DNA of 64,000 bases from a virus (lineage: Duplodnaviria; Caudoviricetes). Positions 17,929 through 26,762 of the stretch are shown piece by piece (the stretch's first letter is position 1; the number at the start of each line of letters is the position of its first letter). The notes beneath the pieces are model-generated. The model ran no database searches, was not told the origin of the DNA, and saw only the letters and a list, made by a program, of their open reading frames with translations. The stretch is taken from the IMG/VR virus record IMGVR_UViG_3300037808_002146. One strand, given 5' to 3'. The position numbers were made by a program, and so were the translations under genes.

Positions 17929-19494
17929 CTAGTCGTTTAATAAACCAGCCAATTTGTTCCATCTTGCTAAAAGTAGATTGTCGCTAGTTTTCTTAGAACG
18001 AGCAGATTCTCCTTTTATCGTCTTTTTCTCTGTCGGGTTGGTTCCGCCGCCGAATAAATCTTTTGCCCAAGGTACTTGTCCATGCTTTGATGCACCACGA
18101 ATCTTTGGTGGTTTGATGTTTTGAAGATAATCGGATAACTTATCTTTTGTCACACCAGTAAAGCCCATCTTTTCAAGAGCAGAAATAACTTTGCCTTTTT
18201 CTTCATCGGATAAATCGGAAGGTAAACCTCCACCAACTTTCTCTACAGCATCAGAGTCTAATTTCGCTTGCTTAGCAGCATATTTTTCCATGCCTTTAAG
18301 AGATCTAGCTCCTGTTTGCGGACCGGAGGCTTCATCACCACAGCCTTCTATGTCAAGATGACCAGTACCTGAACCTAATGGCTCACATATCGCGTTGCCA
18401 ATTGGTCGCCCATTTATTTTTACGCCAGCTGGATCGAATGGTTCTGGGGGATAGTATAAATGTATTTGATCAAAGCCCGCATTTTCCATTGCTTCTAACG
18501 CGGCACCCTTTTTTGTAATTTTGCCCGATTTATCAAGCTCTGGACCAGCGGCGAAAATACGATCAACTTCCGATTGCGCTACTCGCCGGCCGCCGGTAGA
18601 TGCTCTATGCAGATTTGCAACACGAGTTCTCTCAGCTGGCTGATGAATGTATACACCAATAATTTTAAGACCTGCGAAATCCTCATCACCTTTAAGATTA
18701 CCCAACGCTGCGATGCGACCAGTGTCTGCCGTGGATTCGCCGGCTTGATCAGCTAGATAAACAGTCGCATATGGTGTTCCGGGTATTTCTTCGGTACCGC
18801 CCATTAAGGACTTAAGCTCTTTTTTAACGTCTTTCATATATCTGCCTGCAGCAGCAGCTCGAATGCCAAGCGTTGGTGATCCGTCATTTGGTCCCATCAT
18901 CGAATTGGTCTTACTGTCCAAACTATCGATAGCTTTTGAAAAACCTCTTGCTTGAGTAAAGTACGCAGAGGTATTTGGGAAATTTGCGAACTCTTTAGCT
19001 CCTCCACTATTTTTAATTTTTTCAAAAGCTGATTTGCTGAGAATTGAGCTTAATTCAAATTTCTTACCCTTTTCATTTACATGAAAGTAATCCTTGATAA
19101 TAGAATCAAAATCCTCTCCACCCTCTACACGCGAAAGAATTTCTTCAAAAATTGCTGGGGCTAATTCCTTACCAGTGATTGCTACCATTGCGGCATCTTC
19201 TTCTTGGAATTGTTTTTGGCCATCGTCACCAAGTTGATCTAAATAATCTTCAAAATTTTGTTCTGAATTTGCACCAATAAAGTCTCCAATAGCTTTCTTT
19301 GCAGCACCTTTGCCGGCAGCGGGAGGACCATAAAGAACCACAAGCGTAATAGGTTTCGCTCCTGCGTCTTGAACCTGCTGAATCAAGGCCGCTTCAGCTT
19401 CTTTTAAGATACTTCTTAATTTTTCTTTTCGTGGCGTTTTTGATTTCTTATCTTTATCTATACTGATATTGTAGAGTTCTCTCAACGTTTTCAT
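17929..19494 (-). CDS. P-loop kinase / NTPase (zeta-toxin-like), probable internal head protein
   Basis: Walker A VVLYGPPAAGKG; RASTGGRRVAQSEVDRIF resembles the GGHxV lid of zeta-like kinases; C-terminal RWNKLAGL. Start moved from 19521 to the ATG at 19494 (MKTLRE), which follows an AGGAG RBS. Confidence 0.65.
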   Translation of the reverse strand: MKTLRELYNISIDKDKKSKTPRKEKLRSILKEAEAALIQQVQDAGAKPITLVVLYGPPAAGKGAAKKAIGDFIGANSEQNFEDYLDQLGDDGQKQFQEEDAAMVAITGKELAPAIFEEILSRVEGGEDFDSIIKDYFHVNEKGKKFELSSILSKSAFEKIKNSGGAKEFANFPNTSAYFTQARGFSKAIDSLDSKTNSMMGPNDGSPTLGIRAAAAGRYMKDVKKELKSLMGGTEEIPGTPYATVYLADQAGESTADTGRIAALGNLKGDEDFAGLKIIGVYIHQPAERTRVANLHRASTGGRRVAQSEVDRIFAAGPELDKSGKITKKGAALEAMENAGFDQIHLYYPPEPFDPAGVKINGRPIGNAICEPLGSGTGHLDIEGCGDEASGPQTGARSLKGMEKYAAKQAKLDSDAVEKVGGGLPSDLSDEEKGKVISALEKMGFTGVTKDKLSDYLQNIKPPKIRGASKHGQVPWAKDLFGGGTNPTEKKTIKGESARSKKTSDNLLLARWNKLAGLLND

Positions 19495-19553
19495 AGGGTA
19501 GTTCTCCTGCTTTGGAAACATTCAATAATAAATATCACTATCGTGAGTAAAAG

Positions 19554-19585
19554 TAAAAAAAAAAGGGTGGCCAAAAGGCCACCCT
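19554..19585 (-). terminator. Intrinsic terminator after the major capsid gene
   Basis: AGGGTGGCC-TTTT-GGCCACCCT, a perfect 9-bp stem, followed by a long T run on the minus strand. Confidence 0.9.
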
Positions 19586-19610
19586 CTTATTATAGAGTCA
19601 TTCTACTCTA

Positions 19611-21497
19611 CTAGATAATGTTCATGTCCAAGCATGTAACAGTACCATAAAAGTCGGAACGAACCATCTTCTTACCATAGCGAGTCATAACACCCTTACG
19701 TGGGGTGAAATCCTCTGGTGCGAAGATTGTTGGTGTAACAATCAAAGGTACATATGGGGCATAAACATAACCAGTCTCTAAGTAGCTACTACCCTTGAAA
19801 CCAACAAGGATCTTGTGGCGTGGGAAGTACGGGTCTTTGTAAACCGTGAAACGGCTTGAAAGAGTACCAACCTTTTCGGCTCCAAGAACCATTGGGCTAG
19901 CAACTTGACCATCGCTATCGAGTGAGAGAGCTGGCTTGTAAAGAACGCTTGCTTCCATAACGGTAGCAACTTCAGGGCTAACAACAATAAAGTTACCAGC
20001 ACCACGGAGTGTCTTTCTGTGAATCTCATTTGAAACATCAATGATAGTCTCGACGAGAGTCTCATACCACTCGCGAACAGTACCAGTAAAAGCTGGTCCC
20101 GGGCGAAGTGAAGATGCTCTTGAAATTGCTGCGCCTGTACGCTTGTTAACAAAGTTACCTGGTGAACGTGACCAGAAAAAGTTAGCAGCGCCAGCCTGAT
20201 TAAGAAGATCGCCAAGAATTTCACGATCAATCTCGAGTGCAACCTGCTCAGAAAGAATCTGAGTAAGTTCAACTTCAGCATCAAGGCTGTGATATGCATT
20301 CAAATCCTGTGCAAGTTCTGGTGACCACTTAGCGCGGAGCTTACGTGTCTGAGCCACAACCGATACTGACTCAATCTTGATGTCAATCTCTGGAATATCA
20401 CTATCGGAGCCAACTGGAAAGCCTGACTCAAAAGCTGGTGAAACAATAGTTGATAAATCGTCTTCGTTAGTACCAGCAGCCTGGACGTATTCAACAGCAA
20501 GGTGCTGATCAGCTAAATCGCCTAAGTCGGCCGCGACAATAGTACCCGAGCCCTGTGCAACTATCATAAGGATGTGGGAGTAATCGGAAGCACTCGCAAA
20601 ATCAGGAGTAAGCTCAGTAGCATCCCATGATTTAACAAGTCTGTTCAAACGACGAACGTTGAGGCAACCTTCACCAGCCTGAACAGCTGTCCCTGGATCG
20701 ACTAAAGGTGTGTTTTGAAGGGCTGTAGCTTCAAAAACAGTGACTTCACGAAGTAAGCTGACGTCAATGTCTGGAAAACACTCCTTTGGAATAGCCATGA
20801 GTGTAAAACCAGTACCACCTTCAATCAAAGACTCAATCTGTGGATCATGGCTGTAAAATGCCGCGTGAGCAGTCGTCAACTTCAAGTTTGCAGCTGTTTC
20901 GCCGTCAGTTGCTGCAAGACCAGGCTTGAAGACATTACCGATAGCAAGAGTATTCAAAGTTGCGTTAGAGGCTGTGCCAACATTCTTTTTACGAGCTCGT
21001 GAATAACCAGAACCAGCAAGGTCATACTGACCACCAACTGCTGAGGCTGCGCCATTCTTGCCAGGGTTAACTGGCTGGCCGTAAATTGAATTTTGGTCAC
21101 CATCATAAGCATTTTGCACCTTTGAGCCATTACCACCAAGGGTTGTACCATAAGTATAATCGAGGTAGAAGAGCAGTCCTGATGGAAGACTCATTGGCTG
21201 AATTGAAACTAGCTCATTAGCAATTAATGAACCGAATACGCGACGAACGATTGGAAATGCAATGTTCGTAAAACCACGAATGTCAGAGCTAGCTGGTGTA
21301 CCACCACCAAGGCTTGACGACTCGCGAAGGGCTTGACCTGCTTGGTTCTCCAAGAGGGTAGCCATGTTTTCGCGGTGGACACCTTCCATGCCGCGAAGGA
21401 GGCCAGTACGACCCCACTTTTCTAACAGTCGACGATTACCCTGGCCAACATTACGTGCCTTGATACCTTCCGTCAACGTATCTAATGAAAAACTCAT
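19611..21497 (-). CDS. gp23: Major capsid protein (T4 gp23-like, HK97 fold)
   Basis: PIVRRVF, VSIQPMSLPSGLLFYLDY, AQTRKLRAKWSPELAQDL, AYHSLDAEVELT, EIDREI, YVYAPYVPL and PRKGVMTRY. Confidence 0.96.
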   Translation of the reverse strand: MSFSLDTLTEGIKARNVGQGNRRLLEKWGRTGLLRGMEGVHRENMATLLENQAGQALRESSSLGGGTPASSDIRGFTNIAFPIVRRVFGSLIANELVSIQPMSLPSGLLFYLDYTYGTTLGGNGSKVQNAYDGDQNSIYGQPVNPGKNGAASAVGGQYDLAGSGYSRARKKNVGTASNATLNTLAIGNVFKPGLAATDGETAANLKLTTAHAAFYSHDPQIESLIEGGTGFTLMAIPKECFPDIDVSLLREVTVFEATALQNTPLVDPGTAVQAGEGCLNVRRLNRLVKSWDATELTPDFASASDYSHILMIVAQGSGTIVAADLGDLADQHLAVEYVQAAGTNEDDLSTIVSPAFESGFPVGSDSDIPEIDIKIESVSVVAQTRKLRAKWSPELAQDLNAYHSLDAEVELTQILSEQVALEIDREILGDLLNQAGAANFFWSRSPGNFVNKRTGAAISRASSLRPGPAFTGTVREWYETLVETIIDVSNEIHRKTLRGAGNFIVVSPEVATVMEASVLYKPALSLDSDGQVASPMVLGAEKVGTLSSRFTVYKDPYFPRHKILVGFKGSSYLETGYVYAPYVPLIVTPTIFAPEDFTPRKGVMTRYGKKMVRSDFYGTVTCLDMNII

Positions 21498-21527
21498 TTT
21501 ATTTTTCTCCTTTTATTAAATAAATTG

Positions 21528-23099
21528 TTATCTCTTGATGCCAGCTAACGTTGCCCATCTTGATGCTACTGCGTCCTCATTTGGTGCGGCTGAGCCGCGA
21601 CGAGTTGGCTTACTAGCAGATGACAACAATCTTCGACGATCGGTTGACTCGTTAATAGTATTTTTCTTAACGAGAGATTTAGCAAGTCCCTGATATAGGA
21701 ACTTAGCTTCACGAATGGTCTTGGCATTATCAAGAGCCTCGACAATAGCACGCTGCTGCTTCTGCGTCACATTACGATTCTGCATCAGTTTATTCACATA
21801 TAAAAGCTTGGCGTTAAATAAGTTCATTTCTGTAAGTTGCTTTTGCAACTTCTTGTTTTCTGTTTGTAATTTTGCAACCTGTCGCTGTGAGCGACGAGCT
21901 GAAAAACGTCGTCGGCGTGACTCAACGGTTGGAGCAGACGCTGGGACTGTTCCAAGTTCGTCGGCAAGAGCGTTAATAAGATCATCTTCGTCTACGTCGA
22001 CAAACATATCACCCTCTTCTTCGCCACCACCAAACTGATCAGCCATATCAGATGCTTCGCCTTCGCGCAATTTTCTAAGACGCTTGATTTCACGGCGAAG
22101 AATATTTTCGTCAATTTCGTAAACTTCGTCTACGTCACCTTCGTCAGCATCTTCATCGTCACCTTCATGCATCTCATCATATTCGCCAAGATCGATTTCA
22201 TCTTCTTCAGCTTCTTCGTCTCCGCCTTCTCCACCACCGACTTCAACGTCGAGGCCGAGGGCCGATCCTAAGTCTTCAAGAGCAGAAGATGCTGCATCGA
22301 CATCGACATCAGCGGCGTCAGCTTCAGCTTCAACCTCATCGTCTTCTTCGCGCATTTCTTCCATTTCTTCCATTTCTTCCATTTCGTCCATTCCTTCATC
22401 GCTCATCTCATCAATTTCGAAAAGTCGGCGAAAGATGGCACTGCTTCTTCTAGTCATTTTCTTAATCTCCTTTATCATGTCTTTATAAGAAGTAGTTAAT
22501 TCGTTGTTGTTTGCTCCCTCTTTGAGGAGCAGCCTCTTAATCAACAAAGCCTCAGAAAGCAATTCCTGATATGCTTTTTTTATCAGTGTCCGTTGCGTTT
22601 CCACTAGCTTATTGAACTGGAGGCCTTGAAGCATTGCATCCATCCTTTTCGCCCGGCGTCTTAAGGAATTACAGTTTTCCGAAAGATTTACTTTGCCTGA
22701 CAGTGTGGTTGAACGAGTGTTTTTGCTTAAAATGCGGTTCCGACCGCGACCTTCAGCAACGGAAATATTAACGTCTCCCTGTGCATTTACCACCACAGAC
22801 GTATTTTCGTATTCCGTCTCGTTTTCGGGTGCAGGGGGTTCCAATAGTTCTTCGGGGAGGGGAGATTCTAAATCAACAGAAATTTCCTCTTCCTCAGGTG
22901 AGTCATCCATCATGGCGATATCGACGCCAGTTAACTCATCGTCAACTAGATCATCTTGTTCTCCTATGATTTGCGCTTCTATCAAAGCCTTGATTCTTGG
23001 CGTAACCGCGTCAATAATTCGGTTCTTAGCATTTTGCTCTGCCATTTCTCTAAGTTGCTTTGCTTCCGCGATTGCTTGTTCGTATAGATTACTTGTCAT
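21528..23099 (-). CDS. Prohead scaffolding/core protein (T4 gp22-like)
   Basis: Directly upstream of the MCP; acidic coiled coil, EEM tandem repeats, LTEMNLFNAKLLY and C-terminal RWATLAGI. Confidence 0.75.
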   Translation of the reverse strand: MTSNLYEQAIAEAKQLREMAEQNAKNRIIDAVTPRIKALIEAQIIGEQDDLVDDELTGVDIAMMDDSPEEEEISVDLESPLPEELLEPPAPENETEYENTSVVVNAQGDVNISVAEGRGRNRILSKNTRSTTLSGKVNLSENCNSLRRRAKRMDAMLQGLQFNKLVETQRTLIKKAYQELLSEALLIKRLLLKEGANNNELTTSYKDMIKEIKKMTRRSSAIFRRLFEIDEMSDEGMDEMEEMEEMEEMREEDDEVEAEADAADVDVDAASSALEDLGSALGLDVEVGGGEGGDEEAEEDEIDLGEYDEMHEGDDEDADEGDVDEVYEIDENILRREIKRLRKLREGEASDMADQFGGGEEEGDMFVDVDEDDLINALADELGTVPASAPTVESRRRRFSARRSQRQVAKLQTENKKLQKQLTEMNLFNAKLLYVNKLMQNRNVTQKQQRAIVEALDNAKTIREAKFLYQGLAKSLVKKNTINESTDRRRLLSSASKPTRRGSAAPNEDAVASRWATLAGIKR

Positions 23100-23188
23100 A
23101 ACACCACCTAATGATCTACTAAACGGTAAATATCGATTAGAAAGTTAAATTTACCATTTCTCAATTATTTTACTTAAAAAAAATGAAA

Positions 23189-23734
23189 TTATTCATCTTC
23201 TAACATTTTTCTAATTACCATCCTAACACGCTTTAAAGGTAGTTCCTCATCTTCCAATTCTATATCAGAAAAGTGAATATCTCTATCAGCTCCTAAGGAA
23301 ACGTGCGGATGGCTATATCCTATCGTACTACCGGTCTGCTGTAAACTGCCAGGTGAAATCGCTTTAGGAGAGCCAACTCCACCACCTACTTGAATTCTTT
23401 TTTTATATATTCCAGGCATAGGAGAAATGCTAGTACCGACAGCTTCTCCTAACTTCGTATTCCCAGCAGCATAATAAAAGGGATCAGTCCCCTTCATAGC
23501 TAAATAATCACTGGCTAAATATCCGCCAATGACTTTCCTTAACTTATCTTGCATTTCTATCGGGATATCAGCTATATCTTCGTCTTTGTACTCATCATCT
23601 TCCTTATACGGAAAAGAATTAACAGCTTGACGATCTTTATGAAATCTAGGTTTTAGTTGGCCATAACCGAGTCCCGCCCGATCATCCGGGCGGGAACCAT
23701 GGGCTAAATTGCCAAGGGAGGCAGGTTGGGTCAT
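23189..23734 (-). CDS. Hypothetical head-region protein (181 aa)
   Basis: ORF track; Gly/Pro-rich; ends VRMVIRKMLEDE. Confidence 0.7.
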   Translation of the reverse strand: MTQPASLGNLAHGSRPDDRAGLGYGQLKPRFHKDRQAVNSFPYKEDDEYKDEDIADIPIEMQDKLRKVIGGYLASDYLAMKGTDPFYYAAGNTKLGEAVGTSISPMPGIYKKRIQVGGGVGSPKAISPGSLQQTGSTIGYSHPHVSLGADRDIHFSDIELEDEELPLKRVRMVIRKMLEDE

Positions 23735-23737
23735 CGA

Positions 23738-24214
23738 TTAGTTGCCGATGCCTATACCAAACTTATAATCTCCAAGGGTATGTCGGGCAGATCTTTCGGA
23801 AGTACCTTTTGGATTCTCTAAAGCACCAACACCAACGCCTGGCGTCGATGATGGAGTTTGACCAAAACCGGCTGGCGGGTCTGCTTGATCGCTTGGATCC
23901 ATAGAGCCCTCTCCCGGGGAAACTGGGTTTGGAACATACGGACTGGCTGGCAATCCACCACCTCCAGTTTTTACTTCTTCCATGTTTGGCGCATCTGAAT
24001 AATCTCTATTCAATGTACCGAATGTGTGTCCTTCATCGTTAACGACTCCGTCTAAAGCTAGTTCTTGGTACATAGCTCTAACACCAGCGTCGGTTAGTTC
24101 GAAAGTTGGGGTTCCTGGAAATGTTGTTCGAAGAGATTGATCATCTCTTGCGCCAAGCGAGCGGGAACTAGGGGCCCCCTTGATTTCAACAACACTTTGA
24201 GTGTGAGTAGGCAT
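23738..24214 (-). CDS. Hypothetical Pro/Gly-rich head-region protein (158 aa)
   Basis: ORF track; AAGGAG RBS. Confidence 0.75.
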   Translation of the reverse strand: MPTHTQSVVEIKGAPSSRSLGARDDQSLRTTFPGTPTFELTDAGVRAMYQELALDGVVNDEGHTFGTLNRDYSDAPNMEEVKTGGGGLPASPYVPNPVSPGEGSMDPSDQADPPAGFGQTPSSTPGVGVGALENPKGTSERSARHTLGDYKFGIGIGN

Positions 24215-24223
24215 ATTTTCTCC

Positions 24224-24502
24224 TTATTTAGAAAGTTTTTTCAACAGAACTTTTTTACTCTCTATAATTCTCTTTAACTTTCTTCGTACTTTAGTTTCCT
24301 GAATCTTTAAGACCTTGAGGTGATCTAAATCTTTCTCAAGAGCAGAAGCTAAATCCTTAGCTTCAACCTCTTCAGCATCGACTTTTTCGGCATCGACCTT
24401 ACCTTGCTCTAAAGTTTCGGAAATAGAATTTCTTTCTTCTCGAATCATTCTTCGAAGAACTCTAGGAGTTAACTTAATTGACTTTTTCATAACTTGCTCC
24501 AA
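24224..24502 (-). CDS. Hypothetical prohead core-like protein (92 aa)
   Basis: ORF track; LRRMIREE amphipathic helix; coiled coil. Confidence 0.7.
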   Translation of the reverse strand: MEQVMKKSIKLTPRVLRRMIREERNSISETLEQGKVDAEKVDAEEVEAKDLASALEKDLDHLKVLKIQETKVRRKLKRIIESKKVLLKKLSK

Positions 24503-24518
24503 AAAACAGTTTATATTA

Positions 24519-24929
24519 TTATTTATGTTGCCCGGGGAGTTTCTTTTCAGAAAATGCTAAAGTTGCCCAATTGTTTGCCGCTTCTCCGAAAAGTTCTGTC
24601 GGTTCTGATCGGTCAACATTTCTCGAGACACTATCACTAGCAACCACCCGGGGGTTTCTCTCGGCTGAGGTTTGTTCTTGCAAAGTAGTTTTAGCAGTGT
24701 CAGCGAATATTGATTGCATCAAAGGATCATCCGTCATATTTTTTATAGTTTCCGGAATAACGTCTTCTTTGATGATCCTTTTTTTGTTTGCTCTAGGAAC
24801 TGCTTTTCTAGGCTTTGCTTTTTTAGATTCTTCAATTTGGTTACTAGCACCAACTAAACCTTCGCTTAAAATTTCTACCAAGCATTCTTTAACTAAGCTT
24901 TTTAATATAGTTCTACTTACTTTAGCCAT
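24519..24929 (-). CDS. Hypothetical prohead core-like protein (136 aa)
   Basis: LKSLVKECLVEILSEG and C-terminal NWATLAF; start overlaps the upstream stop (TAATG). Confidence 0.75.
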   Translation of the reverse strand: MAKVSRTILKSLVKECLVEILSEGLVGASNQIEESKKAKPRKAVPRANKKRIIKEDVIPETIKNMTDDPLMQSIFADTAKTTLQEQTSAERNPRVVASDSVSRNVDRSEPTELFGEAANNWATLAFSEKKLPGQHK

Positions 24930-25300
24930 TACGCACCTACTATCCCAGCTAAACCAGTAATATCTGGAAAATCTGCAGCACTTATGTTAGTGAGGCCAGC
25001 TAAAATATTGACTTCTTTACCACCGGCATGGGTAACCCAAATAGACTTCACCTTCAGCTCTAACCGGGGTGATATTGTTGCAGGCGGTATTTTAATGTAT
25101 TGGCTATTACCATTTCCGGTAGCAGAGAACGCAATTTGTACCACAGTGTCAGACGGGTTAGAGATAACAATGTAACGAGTAACATAGGGAAAGTCTACTT
25201 TGGTGTTACTAGCAGCTACTAACTCTTGCAACCAAGGAATAGAACTAGACTGATACTCGGCAACATGACCGTGATGTGGTTTTGCAGTATCTAAAGGCAT
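24929..25300 (-). CDS. Hypothetical protein (head region)
   Basis: Track ORF 24929..25315; the likely start is the ATG at 25300, coupled to the protease stop (TAATG) behind GGGAGG. Confidence 0.7.
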   Translation of the reverse strand: MPLDTAKPHHGHVAEYQSSSIPWLQELVAASNTKVDFPYVTRYIVISNPSDTVVQIAFSATGNGNSQYIKIPPATISPRLELKVKSIWVTHAGGKEVNILAGLTNISAADFPDITGLAGIVGA

Positions 25301-25908
25301 TATTCTTCCTCCCATGATAAAATATCGTTAAAAACTCTATCTACCCTATCAGACTTGTTAAAAAAAGTATTCAATTCAGCCTCGCTTATTTCCTTACCTT
25401 CATTCATCATAAAAGCACCAGGGGTGGATGGTTCTGAGACAAAATCCCAACATATTAATTGAAAGTCATCTTGAACTACCTGGTGATCACCTGTTCTCTT
25501 TGTGGAGCCAACCCCACGAGAGGAAATACCTAAAGTTACGTTAGATTCAACTAAGCTTTGAAGTATTTTGCCTGCTGGGGTATCGAGCAACTCGACACTG
25601 CCATAACAAACATCTCCATCCATATAAGCTTCGCGGACAATATGAGATACATTTTTTAACTCAACAACGCTACTATCTGGATGATCGCATTCTCCTAAAG
25701 CTCTATTTTCTTGAATGAATTTTTGATAATTTCTGACTTCTCTTTCTAAGATTGGTTTAGGATACACTCGACCATTTTGGTTTAAAGTTCCAGACTTTTG
25801 TAATACACCTTTTAGAATAACTTTACCGTTATTCTCTAATCTTGATTCGTTTACCATCTCAGGCGAATACTCAAACTGTGACCAATTCGTAAGTAGTTTT
25901 TTGCTCAT
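25300..25908 (-). CDS. gp21: Prohead core protease (T4 gp21-like)
   Basis: NQNGRVYP, ALGECDHP, VSHIV, LGISSRGVGS and DFVSEPSTPGAF. Confidence 0.93.
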   Translation of the reverse strand: MSKKLLTNWSQFEYSPEMVNESRLENNGKVILKGVLQKSGTLNQNGRVYPKPILEREVRNYQKFIQENRALGECDHPDSSVVELKNVSHIVREAYMDGDVCYGSVELLDTPAGKILQSLVESNVTLGISSRGVGSTKRTGDHQVVQDDFQLICWDFVSEPSTPGAFMMNEGKEISEAELNTFFNKSDRVDRVFNDILSWEEE

Positions 25909-25909
25909 T

Positions 25910-26743
25910 TTATCCCCTTAACTCGCTACTAAGTTTCATAATTGTTAAATACCTTGAAACAACTCCGTCATCAATATTTTTTGTTGGTAAATTTTCAATT
26001 TTTTCGGTAACTAAAGAAATTTTAGATTTAACTATATCGCTATCGCATGTTAGGGCGTATTCTTTTAGTTCCTGTAAGCATGCGCTTTTCCTATTTTGAA
26101 AAACACTAGAGATGTTTCCCTCTTTTCCAATTGAAAATACATAGTCTTGTAAAAGGCTAGCTTGCTCAGGCAAAAGCTCATTAGTAAAAGACTCATTGAA
26201 TTTCTTAGTCATAATGCTAACTGTTAAATTATCTACATCCTGAGTTTTTAACTCTTTTAAATTTTGAAATTTCTTCTCTTGTAAGAGCCAACCATGGAGT
26301 TTAGACTCGTATACCGCTTGGGTATCTATATCTGGCTCGTCGTTTCTCCAACTCTCTAACAAGCGCTGTATAGTGGCCAAAGACTTATAGCTTAAGACCC
26401 TTTGGGAGTAAAACTTAGGATCATTAAAGGCGTAGTTTATTTCGTGTATTAGAGATGATTTCTCTTTGTACAGTTTTTCTGAATTAAACTTTTTTGCCTC
26501 CGTTTTTGCTTCTCCAATTATTCTTGTTGCCAAACTTTCAGAAGGTATCGTAGTGCTATATAGAGCATTAAACAAGCGGTACTCCCTATATAATTCTGTT
26601 CCTGGCTTGAAGTATTTGTTGGTTATTTTTAAAACTTTAGTTGCTTTATTTTGATCATTCTCTACTAGCGCAGTAGAGGCGTATTTTACTAATTGTTCAA
26701 AAATTATACCAACATTTCTTTTTTTGTTGTGAGTCTTTGGCAT
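25910..26743 (-). CDS. Hypothetical protein between portal and protease
   Basis: Track ORF 25910..26779; the likely start is the ATG at 26743 (MPKTHNKKRN) behind GAAGGAG. Confidence 0.75.
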   Translation of the reverse strand: MPKTHNKKRNVGIIFEQLVKYASTALVENDQNKATKVLKITNKYFKPGTELYREYRLFNALYSTTIPSESLATRIIGEAKTEAKKFNSEKLYKEKSSLIHEINYAFNDPKFYSQRVLSYKSLATIQRLLESWRNDEPDIDTQAVYESKLHGWLLQEKKFQNLKELKTQDVDNLTVSIMTKKFNESFTNELLPEQASLLQDYVFSIGKEGNISSVFQNRKSACLQELKEYALTCDSDIVKSKISLVTEKIENLPTKNIDDGVVSRYLTIMKLSSELRG

Positions 26744-26762
26744 TATATCTCCTTCGTCAAAT

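Noticed and set aside
22355-22400. 9-bp tandem repeat (CCATTTCTT-like) as a possible CRISPR or VNTR element
   Set aside because: It simply encodes EEMEEMEEM in the acidic scaffold and has no spacers.
23125-23155. 7-bp inverted repeat GGTAAAT/ATTTACC overlapping the scaffold promoter-like motif
   Set aside because: Short, AT-rich and with a 17-nt spacer; plausible by chance without conservation data.
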